DNA of 17,497 nt from Gloeobacterales cyanobacterium (GCA_038245785.1 JBBRSB010000047.1:1-17497), one strand, 5' to 3'. Counted from the stretch's first letter, positions 1 through 7,954 are shown. A program made the numbers and translations. The notes: generated by a model from the letters alone, not told the origin.

Positions 1-69
1 AGCTTCACGATAACGGGTGTAGAGTTGCTCAAGGCTCAAGTGGGGTTGGATAGTGATGCGTTTGGCCAT
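1..69 (-). CDS. 5' end of a probable IS630-family transposase (HTH ORF), running off the window
   Basis: Manual translation from the ATG at 69 gives MAKRITIQPHLSLEQLYTRYREA, with GAGG upstream. It resembles the N-termini of cyanobacterial IS630-type HTH transposases (recalled pattern 'I.PHLSLEEL..RYR.A'). Confidence 0.65.
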   Translation of the reverse strand, partial: MAKRITIQPHLSLEQLYTRYREA

Positions 70-138
70 AGCTCACTTACCTCTAGCTGTTCTTATCCCT
101 CTATTCTAAGTTATGGTTATATAACCGGATTCGATATA
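1..138 (-). mobile_element. Probable left end of an IS630-family element
   Basis: Transposase start at 69. The minus strand reads TA-TATCGAATCCGGTTATATAACC from 138, consistent with a TA-target terminus. The partner end lies outside the window, so the boundary is unverified. Confidence 0.4.
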
Positions 139-202
139 ACTATCGGGTTACTTTTTATTGGATGTACTCGTGTTTAGTCTAAACAGAAGTAATAACCTAA
201 GT

Positions 203-248
203 TTCTAGCCTCCCAGATGCCCTCAAAATGGCATCTGGGAGGCTAGAA
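203..248. repeat. Perfect 19-bp inverted repeat (stem-loop), possible terminator
   Basis: ttctagcctcccagatgcc (203-221), 8-nt loop, ggcatctgggaggctagaa (230-248). Confidence 0.85.
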
Positions 249-380
249 GTTGTAAATCAAATACAGTAATCTAGTGATTTTGTGTTCCTTAATACGATTC
301 ACCCATGACTAATAACTTGAGTTACTTAACAATCGTCCGTTTACACAGAAATCCGAACTCTTCCCCGAAAGATCGTTCAA

Positions 381-408
381 TTGACATTCTATATTTGCTA
401 AGTATAAT
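381..408 (+). promoter_or_regulatory. Consensus sigma70 promoter
   Basis: TTGACA (381-386), 16-nt spacer, TATAAT (403-408), pointing towards the ORF at 594. Confidence 0.7.
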
Positions 409-593
409 TTTATGTATATGCCTGTACGTTAAGCCAGATATCTAACGATTCTGGCATGTAACAACTTAGCTTCTCAATTCAATGGGGTTACTTTATTACA
501 TTTTCGGAAAGATAAATGTACTCTTTTCCGTCCCGTTTCAGATGGCTGAGAGTATGTTTTCCATGTCAACTTTTCCCTTATCTGTAAAATTCC

Positions 594-824
594 ATGAAAA
601 ATACACCTGACGTTCAGATCACTATTGACTTTAGAAATCCTGATTTAGATGACGAAGAGCTGGAAAAATTAACACAAAGCCTTCAGGATGAAATGCTCGA
701 CTTAGACGAAGTAACAGACGTTAAGCGCGTACTTGATCCCAATCCACCAGAAGGAAATAAGTCGCTGGGTGCAGTTTTGATCGGATGGTTGATGACTGAG
801 GTGAGTACAAACAATATCAAGGCT
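594..824 (+). pseudogene. EACC1-like (effector-associated constant component) small protein, truncated by IS3
   Basis: Acidic 'DLDDEELEKLTQSLQDEMLDLDEV...PNPPEGNKSLGAVLIGWL' pattern recalled from cyanobacterial EACC1-type proteins. The IS3 IR begins right after codon 77, so the last 15 aa of the 594-872 ORF are IS-derived. The expected C-terminal half is not present after the IS. Confidence 0.6.
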
Positions 825-864
825 TGTAATGCGCCCATAAAATTGGACACGGGCTTAGTGGTTG

Positions 865-1713
865 TTAGTTAATCATCTCCTGGATAGTTTGGGTAGCCTG
901 CCATTGCGCTTCAAATTCCACGGGCGTCAGATACCCCAACGCAGAATGAATGCGTTTGTGCATGTACACCTCATCCAGAAATTCTCCAATACGCTCATAC
1001 ACTTCCCGATAATTGCGATATTCCGATAAATTTACCTCCTCTTCTTTAATCGTCCGCATTAGCCGCTCTGCATAGCCACTTTGCGTCGGTTCTCCAACTT
1101 CAGCCATGCTGATAGCTACATTCTGAGTCTGGAGCATCCCCACATAGTCTCCTGCGGCATATTGCACCCCCTGGTCGGAGTGATGGATCTCAGGTGTACG
1201 CTCAGCCAGAGCCTTTTGCAAAGCTCCTAAGGTTAGGCTTCCCTCTAGACTGCGGCCTAACTGCCATCCCCGAATGGCGCGGGTAAACACATCCATAATC
1301 ACGGCCAAGTAGACAAAATCACTCCCCAGCCGGATATACGTGATATCGCTTACCCAGACCTGCTCTGGATACGTCACCCGCAGTCCTGCCACTAAGTTGG
1401 GATAACGGGGATAGGAATGTTCACTGTTGGTGGTGCGCTTCTTTCGTACTTTCGGTTTGGCCGTCGGTCCTAGGCTTTTCATAATGCGCCGCAAGCGTTT
1501 AGCGTTGACGACCCATCCTGTTCGGCGCAGTTGTTCCCCAATACGGCGATAGCCATAGGTGGGCCATTGCCCTGCTACCTTCAGCACCGCCTCTTCGAGA
1601 GCTTGTTCCTCGTCAGGTTTTAGAAGCTGCTGGCTCTGATGATAGTAACTGGAGCGGGAGTAGCCCAGCACCTCACAAACGGTTTTGGCGCAATAGGTCC
1701 TCGCTAAAGTCAT
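865..1713 (-). CDS. IS3 OrfB, DDE integrase-core transposase
   Basis: Motifs YGYRRI, WVSDITYI, HHSDQGVQY, AERLMRTIKEE, HSALGYLTP. The ATG at 1713 overlaps the orfA stop (ATGA). Confidence 0.93.
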   Translation of the reverse strand: MTLARTYCAKTVCEVLGYSRSSYYHQSQQLLKPDEEQALEEAVLKVAGQWPTYGYRRIGEQLRRTGWVVNAKRLRRIMKSLGPTAKPKVRKKRTTNSEHSYPRYPNLVAGLRVTYPEQVWVSDITYIRLGSDFVYLAVIMDVFTRAIRGWQLGRSLEGSLTLGALQKALAERTPEIHHSDQGVQYAAGDYVGMLQTQNVAISMAEVGEPTQSGYAERLMRTIKEEEVNLSEYRNYREVYERIGEFLDEVYMHKRIHSALGYLTPVEFEAQWQATQTIQEMIN

Positions 1714-2018
1714 AACCAATCCCCGCTTTTGTTCCCGGCTGAGAGGCTGGAGGCTTTTTTTGCAATTTCTAGTTTGAGGCTCAATTTCCCAACCAGACGT
1801 TCGAGGTCTGCGATGCGCGCTGACTCTGCTGAATGCTGCTCGTCGGTTTGGAAAACTCGATGGGCTTGCTGGAGAAATTCCGTTTTCCACCGAGCAAAGA
1901 CAGCAGGCGCGATTTGATGCTCTCGACAGATTTCGGCTTGGGTCTTGTGGCCCTCAAGAGCTTGCAAGACCAGTTGGGATTTTAATTGTGGACTAAAGTT
2001 TCGACGTTTACCTGCCAT
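1710..2018 (-). CDS. IS3 OrfA (HTH plus leucine zipper)
   Basis: MAGKRRNFSPQLKSQLVLQAL...ICREHQI...RWK and the zipper RIADLERLVGKLSLKLEIAKKA. RBS GGAGG upstream. Confidence 0.93.
   Translation of the reverse strand: MAGKRRNFSPQLKSQLVLQALEGHKTQAEICREHQIAPAVFARWKTEFLQQAHRVFQTDEQHSAESARIADLERLVGKLSLKLEIAKKASSLSAGNKSGDWL
1754..1761 (-). other. Programmed -1 frameshift site (A7G) fusing OrfA to OrfB
   Basis: The minus strand reads GCA AAA AAA GCC in the orfA frame. The -1 frame (KKSLQPLSREQKRGLVMT...) is open into OrfB, which is the standard IS3 mechanism. Confidence 0.8.
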
Positions 2019-2190
2019 GAGGTTCCCTCCTGGAAACAGAGTACTTGACTTTCCTCTGTGTCTAATTCCAGGGGCGCACTACAGTGGTACCTTTTCGGGG
2101 GATATGCAAAAAACCCCAAGATCTAAGCGCTTCTTTTCTTGTAGTACAATACTTCAACATAATCTATTACGCTTCCATAGCGTTATGGCC

Positions 2191-3135
2191 CTATTCTTGT
2201 GGCTTGGAGCCTACTGATTTAGATTTCTCTGTTTCCTGGTGCTTTTTATCATGAAACTCTAATCCACCTCCAGAGAAGAGTCTGGGTCCGAGTTCCACTG
2301 GTTCTTGAATTGCTTCCTTTCCCCACGACAAGCGGTTAATAAAACTCAAAATATTACCCTTTATTCCAGGGTTATTAGCCCTAAGAGGGTCATAACCCTG
2401 GAAAAGTTCATTTATCAACCAAAGCACAGGAACTGCACCACTGTCTGTTTTGAGCGTTGTGGGATGTGTCGTATCGATCAAGACAGATGAGTAGAACACT
2501 TTGTAGTTCGCCATTGCCTCTTTGAGAACTGCTATCAAAGGTTGCAAACTCTGTTCGACTTTCAGTTTCCAATCTTTTCCATCAGTATCCGATTTAATTA
2601 AATCTGTTTTGGTGATTACTAAGGAGAAAGGATACTTTAAGTCATTAAGGTAGGCTAAGGACGCAATACTCTGAATCTGGTTAATCAAATTATTAAGCCG
2701 TTTCATATAGCTTTCCTCATTTACAAGGCTGTAGCCATCGAAAAAGAAACAACAGCCATGGGAAGAGAGGACAATCTCTCTAAAAGATTCATTTTCAGAA
2801 GTGCAGATTTCACCGGGAATATCGTGCCAGCCAAAATGACATAGGGTTTCAGTCCCCATGAGCCAACGGCGCTTTAAGCTAAAACCGAAGTCTCGTATCT
2901 TCATCGTTGCGGGGGGATATGCTCCTCGGCTAGCAACATAATTCAAAATAGCCTCAATATCCGCTTTGGCTTGGTCCGTCTGACAATCGAACCAAAGAGG
3001 ACCCCGATCACGCTGACTGAGGTCCTGTAATGCAGCATAGCTTCCAGCAAGAAATACAGTTTTACCTGCACTCCTCTGCCCCATAACCAACACATTAAAC
3101 CGTTTGGCAGAACTTCCATCAAACAGACTGATCAT
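2191..3135 (-). CDS. TRAFAC-class P-loop GTPase, resembling conflict-system 'double-GTPase'-type domains
   Basis: G1 GQRSAGKT, G2 YPPAT, G3 DIPG(E) and G4 TKTD occur in the correct order, each after a hydrophobic strand. The subfamily assignment is inference. Confidence 0.75.
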   Translation of the reverse strand: MISLFDGSSAKRFNVLVMGQRSAGKTVFLAGSYAALQDLSQRDRGPLWFDCQTDQAKADIEAILNYVASRGAYPPATMKIRDFGFSLKRRWLMGTETLCHFGWHDIPGEICTSENESFREIVLSSHGCCFFFDGYSLVNEESYMKRLNNLINQIQSIASLAYLNDLKYPFSLVITKTDLIKSDTDGKDWKLKVEQSLQPLIAVLKEAMANYKVFYSSVLIDTTHPTTLKTDSGAVPVLWLINELFQGYDPLRANNPGIKGNILSFINRLSWGKEAIQEPVELGPRLFSGGGLEFHDKKHQETEKSKSVGSKPQE

Positions 3136-3279
3136 ATTTATAAGGTGAATTCCCTTTTTAACATTGCCCTAACTAGCTCAAAAAGTAGTACGTGAATCTA
3201 CTGGCTCTCGCCTAAAAATAGAAGAATGAACCAGAAACTGCCAATGGGTAGAGCAAGATTGTGAATGGATACCGGACGG

Positions 3280-3327
3280 CGGCCCCTGAGTTCAGCCTGA
3301 GCTGCGCCGAAGGGCTCTGCCGAAGGG
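3280..3327 (+). repeat. Two nested 24-nt small dispersed repeats
   Basis: The outer cggcccctgag|ctctgccgaaggg is split by the inner ttcagcctgagctgcgccgaaggg (3291-3314). Both fit CCTGAGC-N3-GCCGAAGGG, as does 16373-16396. Confidence 0.8.
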
Positions 3328-3548
3328 TAGCGCTTGAGGTCGCTGCGCTCCGGCTTTTAGAGAGGGATGGTGGTTTGTTGGCAGGACCGGAAGATCCTAG
3401 AAGAGCAGTGGCTATGCTCCTTTGCCCCTGGCTAAACAAAAAGCACTAGAGTAAACACTTAGATAGTTTTCGTAAGACCCCTTAAAGACCATCCTATCGG
3501 GCTATCTAGTGAGGGACCTGGTCACTTTTGGAAAACCAACTTTTTATA

Positions 3549-3596
3549 GATGGCATCGCGCACTTGGTCAAGGAGCTTTTTGGATGGAGTTTGTAT
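3549..3596 (-). pseudogene. N-terminal remnant of an integron-integrase-like tyrosine recombinase
   Basis: IQTPSKKLLDQVRDAI matches the recalled IntI/SAM-like N-terminus (P.KLLDQVRDAIRLKHYS). The start codon appears to be ATA and similarity stops after 16 codons. Confidence 0.55.
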
Positions 3597-3754
3597 AGTT
3601 TTGAATAGATGGTCTCGTGGTTTGTGAATCATAACCCTGACCCAGGTGATTAAGATTTTGTACTTAAGAATGACTGCATCCTTGAAAAAAGCGATTATTA
3701 GGCTGACGATATCCACACTAATCAGCCAAATAGGGGGATAGGCAGAAAAATTCA

Positions 3755-3773
3755 GTCTAAATAGTAGTTAGAC
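3755..3773 (+). other. attI-like tyrosine-recombinase site
   Basis: GTCTAAA-TAGTA-GTTAGAC has a 7-5-7 layout with a GTTRRRY core, inside the perfect IR cagtctaa/ttagactg (3753-3775). It lies about 160 bp upstream of, and divergent from, the integrase remnant. Confidence 0.5.
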
Positions 3774-4046
3774 TGCCTTAAGTTTTCAGTACTTTTTAGT
3801 AAAGAACTGTAAAAACAAAATAAATAGCCTATTGAACCGAAAGATTTTTCAATCATGGAGATCCCAATTGCGCTTCATCTCTGACCCTAACTTAAGAAAC
3901 TGGGTTAGTGTATCAGCGTCAGGGATGGGAACGGGATATTAGCAAATTGACGAGATATGAATCTGTGAAATAAATATTGGCTGAAAGCCTTGATATAAAA
4001 GGCTTTTTTGCTCTACTTTGCGGTCTATGACAGCTTCGCTTCCCTT

Positions 4047-4253
4047 GGGTCTGTAACGGAGGGCACCGTGAAGGGAGGTGAAATTGGTCAGGGTCAGGTA
4101 ATCCGTATTCCTCTGAGCGAAGAGCAAGTGCATGTTGACAAGCAAGTGATGGTTGCTGAGGAGATTAACATCGGCGAGCGCGATGTTCAAGAGACGAGAG
4201 AAGTTAAGGAATCCGTGCGCCGCGAAGAACTCCGTACCGATACTGATAAATAA
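4047..4253 (+). pseudogene. C-terminal fragment of a YsnF/AvaK (DUF2382) stress protein
   Basis: IRIPLSEEQVHVDKQVMVAEEINIGERDVQETREVKESVRREEL is the DUF2382 signature. There is no credible start or N-terminal part upstream, and the left boundary is approximate. Confidence 0.75.
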
Positions 4254-4316
4254 GGGAGCAGTCAAGGATAAAAATGCATCTCAACTTCCAGTTTGATGTT
4301 GAGTGAGTGAACGATT

Positions 4317-4342
4317 GGAGGGTAATCTGTACCCTCCTTTTT
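4317..4342 (+). terminator. Rho-independent terminator between convergent genes
   Basis: ggagggta-atctg-taccctcc stem-loop followed by TTTTT. Confidence 0.75.
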
Positions 4343-4347
4343 AATCG

Positions 4348-5685
4348 CTAAACTTCAGATTTCAGACTGACTGGGCGAGTCGTTACCTCAAAGAGATCGC
4401 CATGGGGAAAAACCGTGATCTGACCAAATTCTTCAAGTAGTTGGCGATAGGCATGGGCGACCGGACGGGGGCGGCGTTCTAGGTCAAAAAGACCACAGGT
4501 ATTAACAGTTCCTCGCTGTTCAGCTAGTTGTATATCCCAATCAATCTGGTCAATCAAGCTATACCATGTGAAACCAAGCACAGGTACACCATCCTTGCGC
4601 ATCCTCAGGATGTTTATCCATTGCTTCCAGAGCCAACAGGAGGCTTTATCTGGGTCAAAAACGTTAGTTTCGGTGTGCATAACCGGCTTACGGTAACGGT
4701 CATAATAAGCTCGTGTAATCTGATACCAGCCCATGACATCTTCGGCCTGACAGGTCTTGCCATCGGGTAGTAAAATATGCTCGTTGCGCCCGTAATAATC
4801 ATTACCCATCACTTGATAACCGGGAGGTTCACCAAGCATAAACCAGTTATATTCAGCGCGGGTCAAGCCACTATCGCACAGATACATACATACATCTGAG
4901 TCCATCGGATGAGCATAGAGTAGATCAAGGGCCAAAAAACGCAACTTATTGGCAAGTATTACTTCCCGAGTGGGTTGGGCACGGGCCTCGTGGATGTATT
5001 CAGCACTCTCGCTCTGGATCACAATCAAATCGGGCCGCCGTTGGGCAATGCGCTGGGTGCCGAGGATACTGGCGGCCACAAGGTGCTTGAGGGCAGTCAC
5101 AAAGGCTTGGTCGCTTTTGAGTTGTTCGTTCCAAAGACCATCTTTAGCACTGATGCGGGCCGTAACATAAATTTCATTGACGGGAGTGTAATAACGAACC
5201 CAAGGATAGCGTTGGGCCACCGCTTCGCAATAATCCGCAAAGTGCAGGGGTAATTCAGGGTTTTGAAAGTTCCCTAGCCAGTCTGGTACTCCAAAGTGCA
5301 ACAAATCGAGAATGGGTGTAATTCCTAACTTCTGCATTTCATGCATCACCGTATCGGCAAAGCTCCAGTCATAGCTACCTGCGCCAAGGTGGATCAGATG
5401 ATAAGGCAGACCATAGCGCAATACGTTGAGTCCTAATTCTTTGACCAGATGCAAATCTTTTTGCCAATGGCGGTAATGACCACACTCAGCCAGTAAATCG
5501 CGTCGCACTCGCCCCTGTTCGATGGTTGGATAGGAGCATTCAATGCCGGTGGCAAACATAAAATTGCGGGGGCTATTGGTTGGCAGTCCATGACCATCCG
5601 CGCCCGCCGCCCCACCATACTGATCCCCTGGGTACCCTACGCCACTGTAGTGTGCCTGAATCAGATCAAGAAACCCCTTTGCCAT
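4348..5685 (-). CDS. Family 1 glycoside hydrolase-like protein (GH-A clan)
   Basis: FATGIECS, HYRHWQKDL, LRYGLPY, acid/base TPVNE, nucleophile MHTETN, GFTWYSLIDQIDW. Its start directly abuts the GMC stop. Confidence 0.88.
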   Translation of the reverse strand: MAKGFLDLIQAHYSGVGYPGDQYGGAAGADGHGLPTNSPRNFMFATGIECSYPTIEQGRVRRDLLAECGHYRHWQKDLHLVKELGLNVLRYGLPYHLIHLGAGSYDWSFADTVMHEMQKLGITPILDLLHFGVPDWLGNFQNPELPLHFADYCEAVAQRYPWVRYYTPVNEIYVTARISAKDGLWNEQLKSDQAFVTALKHLVAASILGTQRIAQRRPDLIVIQSESAEYIHEARAQPTREVILANKLRFLALDLLYAHPMDSDVCMYLCDSGLTRAEYNWFMLGEPPGYQVMGNDYYGRNEHILLPDGKTCQAEDVMGWYQITRAYYDRYRKPVMHTETNVFDPDKASCWLWKQWINILRMRKDGVPVLGFTWYSLIDQIDWDIQLAEQRGTVNTCGLFDLERRPRPVAHAYRQLLEEFGQITVFPHGDLFEVTTRPVSLKSEV

Positions 5686-7905
5686 TTAATTCTCCCCGCG
5701 CCGGGTGCGCTCAATAAAGTGATCTGCCGTCCGTAGGGAGAGTGCCATCAAGGTTAATGCCGGATTGACACTCAGCGCGCTCGGAAATATCGAGTTGTCC
5801 ATGATATATAGGTTGGGTACCTCAAAGACACGACCCTCGGTATTAACTACGGCCCGATTGGGGTCTGGGCCCATCCGACAGGTTCCTATGATGTGGGCAT
5901 TGCGCTCAGAAGCCCAAATTTCCTCGGCCCCAGCCGCTTCCCAGATCCGACGCATAAGCGCTTCGGCGTGGTCACGTAAACGCCGCTCGTTCTCGCCATT
6001 ACTAAAGTGAATGCGCGGTTTAGGTAGACCGCGTTGGTCTACCTCATCGGAGAGTTCGAGGTAGTTGTGGGCGTAGGGAAGACATTCCCCCAGGATATTG
6101 ATGCCTGCGGTGTGGTTATAGCCGTTCATGTGGGACTGAAGCGATTCACCCCAGAGTCCACGACCACGGGCTATCTGACTGGCATAGGTGACAGGCATGA
6201 CTCCGATACTTTGGAGCAAGTACCCGCCTGCAAAGTTTGCGTGCTGAGGGCGGTGGGTGTCTTCAGAAATCAGGCCACCGGGAATGCCCTTAAAAGGTCG
6301 GGTTGCCTCTTCAAACTGGCCCCAAATTTGCAGACCAGGATGAGCCATGAAATTACGCCCCACTTCCCCGCTCTGGTTAGCCAGTCCATTAAGTAGAAGT
6401 AATCGGGGAGTCTCAATCGCTCCTGCTGCTAAAAATAGGGTGTGGCAACGCTGATGTTCCTCTTGGCCTTCGTGGACGTAGACTACGCCGGTGACGCGGC
6501 CTTCACGATCCGTCTCGATGCGGGTTACAAAAGCACCGCTTCTCACCTCCGCCCCATGTTGCAAGGCCAGGGCAATAAAGGTGACATCCATACTCGCCTT
6601 GCCACCTGTGGTGCAACCCGCTTGGCAAAATCCGCGATTGGTACAAGCATTACGCCAGCCCACTCCTGGCTGAAAGTAGGGCGCAGAGAGCGCGGCATTG
6701 GCCGCCGGAGCCGTACGCAAGCCCAAGGTCGCACAACCCCGCGCCATCAATTGGGCAGCAGCATTAAGGGGTAAGGGGGCAAGGGGATAGGGAGTACGGT
6801 TTGGTCCCCAGGGATAGGGCGAGGGGCCAGAAACGCCCAGGAATAGCTCTAGTTCATCAAAGTAGGGTTCTAGGTCTCCATAGCCAATGGGCCAGTCTTC
6901 GCCCAAGCCAAAATCTGTAAATAGCTGAAAATCGTCGGGCTGTGGTCTGGGGACATAGGCGGTGTAGTGCAAGGTCGAACCGCCCACTCCGATGCCTGAA
7001 TTATTGCGACCAAAGGCTAGAGGGTCAACGCCTGCACTCAACCGTTCATCAGCCCAGAAAAGCTTATTTTGCTCTCGTTCATCCGTGGCGAAGTCAGTTG
7101 CGGGATGCCAAAAGTATCCAGCCTCAAGAGCCACTACTTTATATCCAGCTTGAGCGAGACGAGCTAATAGCGGAGCTCCGCCCGCCCCAGTACCAACTAC
7201 GACCACATCAACTATTTCATCCTGACTGACCTGCTGTTTAGCTCGGGGAAGGGGAGGAGTAGCCTGTTTTACCTGTCTGGCATTTGTCATGTCGGGAAGT
7301 TTTGATGGAGAGCCGGGAGCACTCTCCCAAACTTCGTGCTCATTAAGTCCAATCCGCTGCCATCCTAGGGCATCCGCCATCCCCGTATAGCCAATCTCAG
7401 CTTGGGCGTCAGGATAGCTGTAGTAATACTCAGTGAGTTCGGTGAGCAATTCTTCAAAATAGCGTCGCGCCGATAACTTTTCCCAGGTAGAACCCGGAGC
7501 TTCGCCAAGCTGCACCGTACGAAGCACAGTATCTTGAGCCTCCCCGCTGATGGCGCAAAACCCGTTCCCATAGAGTAAATTTGCACTCTGCTCTACGCCT
7601 GCTAGTCCAATACGGTGGGCATCCCGATCAGGGGGCATCCCGTCATAACGCCAACCATCTCCTACCCCACTGGCAAGCCGCGCTTCTAAATCCTTAACTA
7701 GATCAAGTTCCTGTTGTCCTTGCAGGTTGGGGAACAATCGTAGAATCATCGCTCGCAGAACTGCTAGGGCGGACTCCTCGAAAAAGTGGACTTCAGGTTT
7801 AGTTTCAAGTCTCTGCTTGAGCACGGCATTAGTTTTAGCGGTGAGCATACCCGTGTCGAGCAGATTACGTACACTTTCGGGCGGGTAAAAGTCATGGGAC
7901 ATCAT
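5686..7905 (-). CDS. GMC-family FAD oxidoreductase with an N-terminal gluconate-2-dehydrogenase subunit-3-like domain
   Basis: VVVGTGAGG FAD motif, GVGGSTLHY, C-x2-RGFC-x2-GC, AAGAIETPRLLL, HIIGTCRMG, NPALT. The N-terminal GDGWRYDGMPPD...YYSYPDAQAEIGY region resembles subunit 3. I placed the start at ATG 7905 (RBS AAGGAG), which avoids the overlap with the SDR gene. Confidence 0.88.
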   Translation of the reverse strand: MMSHDFYPPESVRNLLDTGMLTAKTNAVLKQRLETKPEVHFFEESALAVLRAMILRLFPNLQGQQELDLVKDLEARLASGVGDGWRYDGMPPDRDAHRIGLAGVEQSANLLYGNGFCAISGEAQDTVLRTVQLGEAPGSTWEKLSARRYFEELLTELTEYYYSYPDAQAEIGYTGMADALGWQRIGLNEHEVWESAPGSPSKLPDMTNARQVKQATPPLPRAKQQVSQDEIVDVVVVGTGAGGAPLLARLAQAGYKVVALEAGYFWHPATDFATDEREQNKLFWADERLSAGVDPLAFGRNNSGIGVGGSTLHYTAYVPRPQPDDFQLFTDFGLGEDWPIGYGDLEPYFDELELFLGVSGPSPYPWGPNRTPYPLAPLPLNAAAQLMARGCATLGLRTAPAANAALSAPYFQPGVGWRNACTNRGFCQAGCTTGGKASMDVTFIALALQHGAEVRSGAFVTRIETDREGRVTGVVYVHEGQEEHQRCHTLFLAAGAIETPRLLLLNGLANQSGEVGRNFMAHPGLQIWGQFEEATRPFKGIPGGLISEDTHRPQHANFAGGYLLQSIGVMPVTYASQIARGRGLWGESLQSHMNGYNHTAGINILGECLPYAHNYLELSDEVDQRGLPKPRIHFSNGENERRLRDHAEALMRRIWEAAGAEEIWASERNAHIIGTCRMGPDPNRAVVNTEGRVFEVPNLYIMDNSIFPSALSVNPALTLMALSLRTADHFIERTRRGEN

Positions 7906-7954
7906 TTTCTCCTTTGTGCATAGGCGTGGGCAGCATACGAACGCAGGATGCCAC

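Larger units (their letters stand above)
825..2083 (-). mobile_element. IS3-family insertion sequence, 1259 bp, apparently complete
   Basis: 26-bp imperfect terminal IRs: tgtaatgcgcccataaaattggacac (825-850) vs the reverse complement of 2058-2083, tgtagtgcgcccctggaattagacac (21/26). TG...CA ends and orfA/orfB organisation. No target duplication (ggct | gtgg). Confidence 0.95.

Noticed and set aside
115..126. 12-bp palindrome ggttatataacc
   Set aside because: Short and AT-rich. It is probably part of the IS630 end and has no independent support.
1714..1890. N-terminal extension of the 341-aa ORF (865-1890)
   Set aside because: It is the -1 frame overlapping orfA. OrfB is reached by the frameshift or by the ATG at 1713.
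3212..3449. Overlapping 75-aa (-) and 62-aa (+) ORFs
   Set aside because: No recognisable domain, and about a third of the sequence is repeat-derived. Not called as genes.
3522..3716. 64-aa ORF as a real gene
   Set aside because: Only 16 codons resemble an integrase N-terminus. The rest reads through promoter-like DNA.
3881..3916. ccctaac...gttagtg hairpin as an attC site
   Set aside because: The arms are only about 13 nt apart and do not fit RYYYAAC/GTTRRRY. It is too short for attC.
3960..4049. Possible CRISPR leader
   Set aside because: No repeat-spacer array follows, and no regularly spaced direct repeats were seen anywhere in the window.
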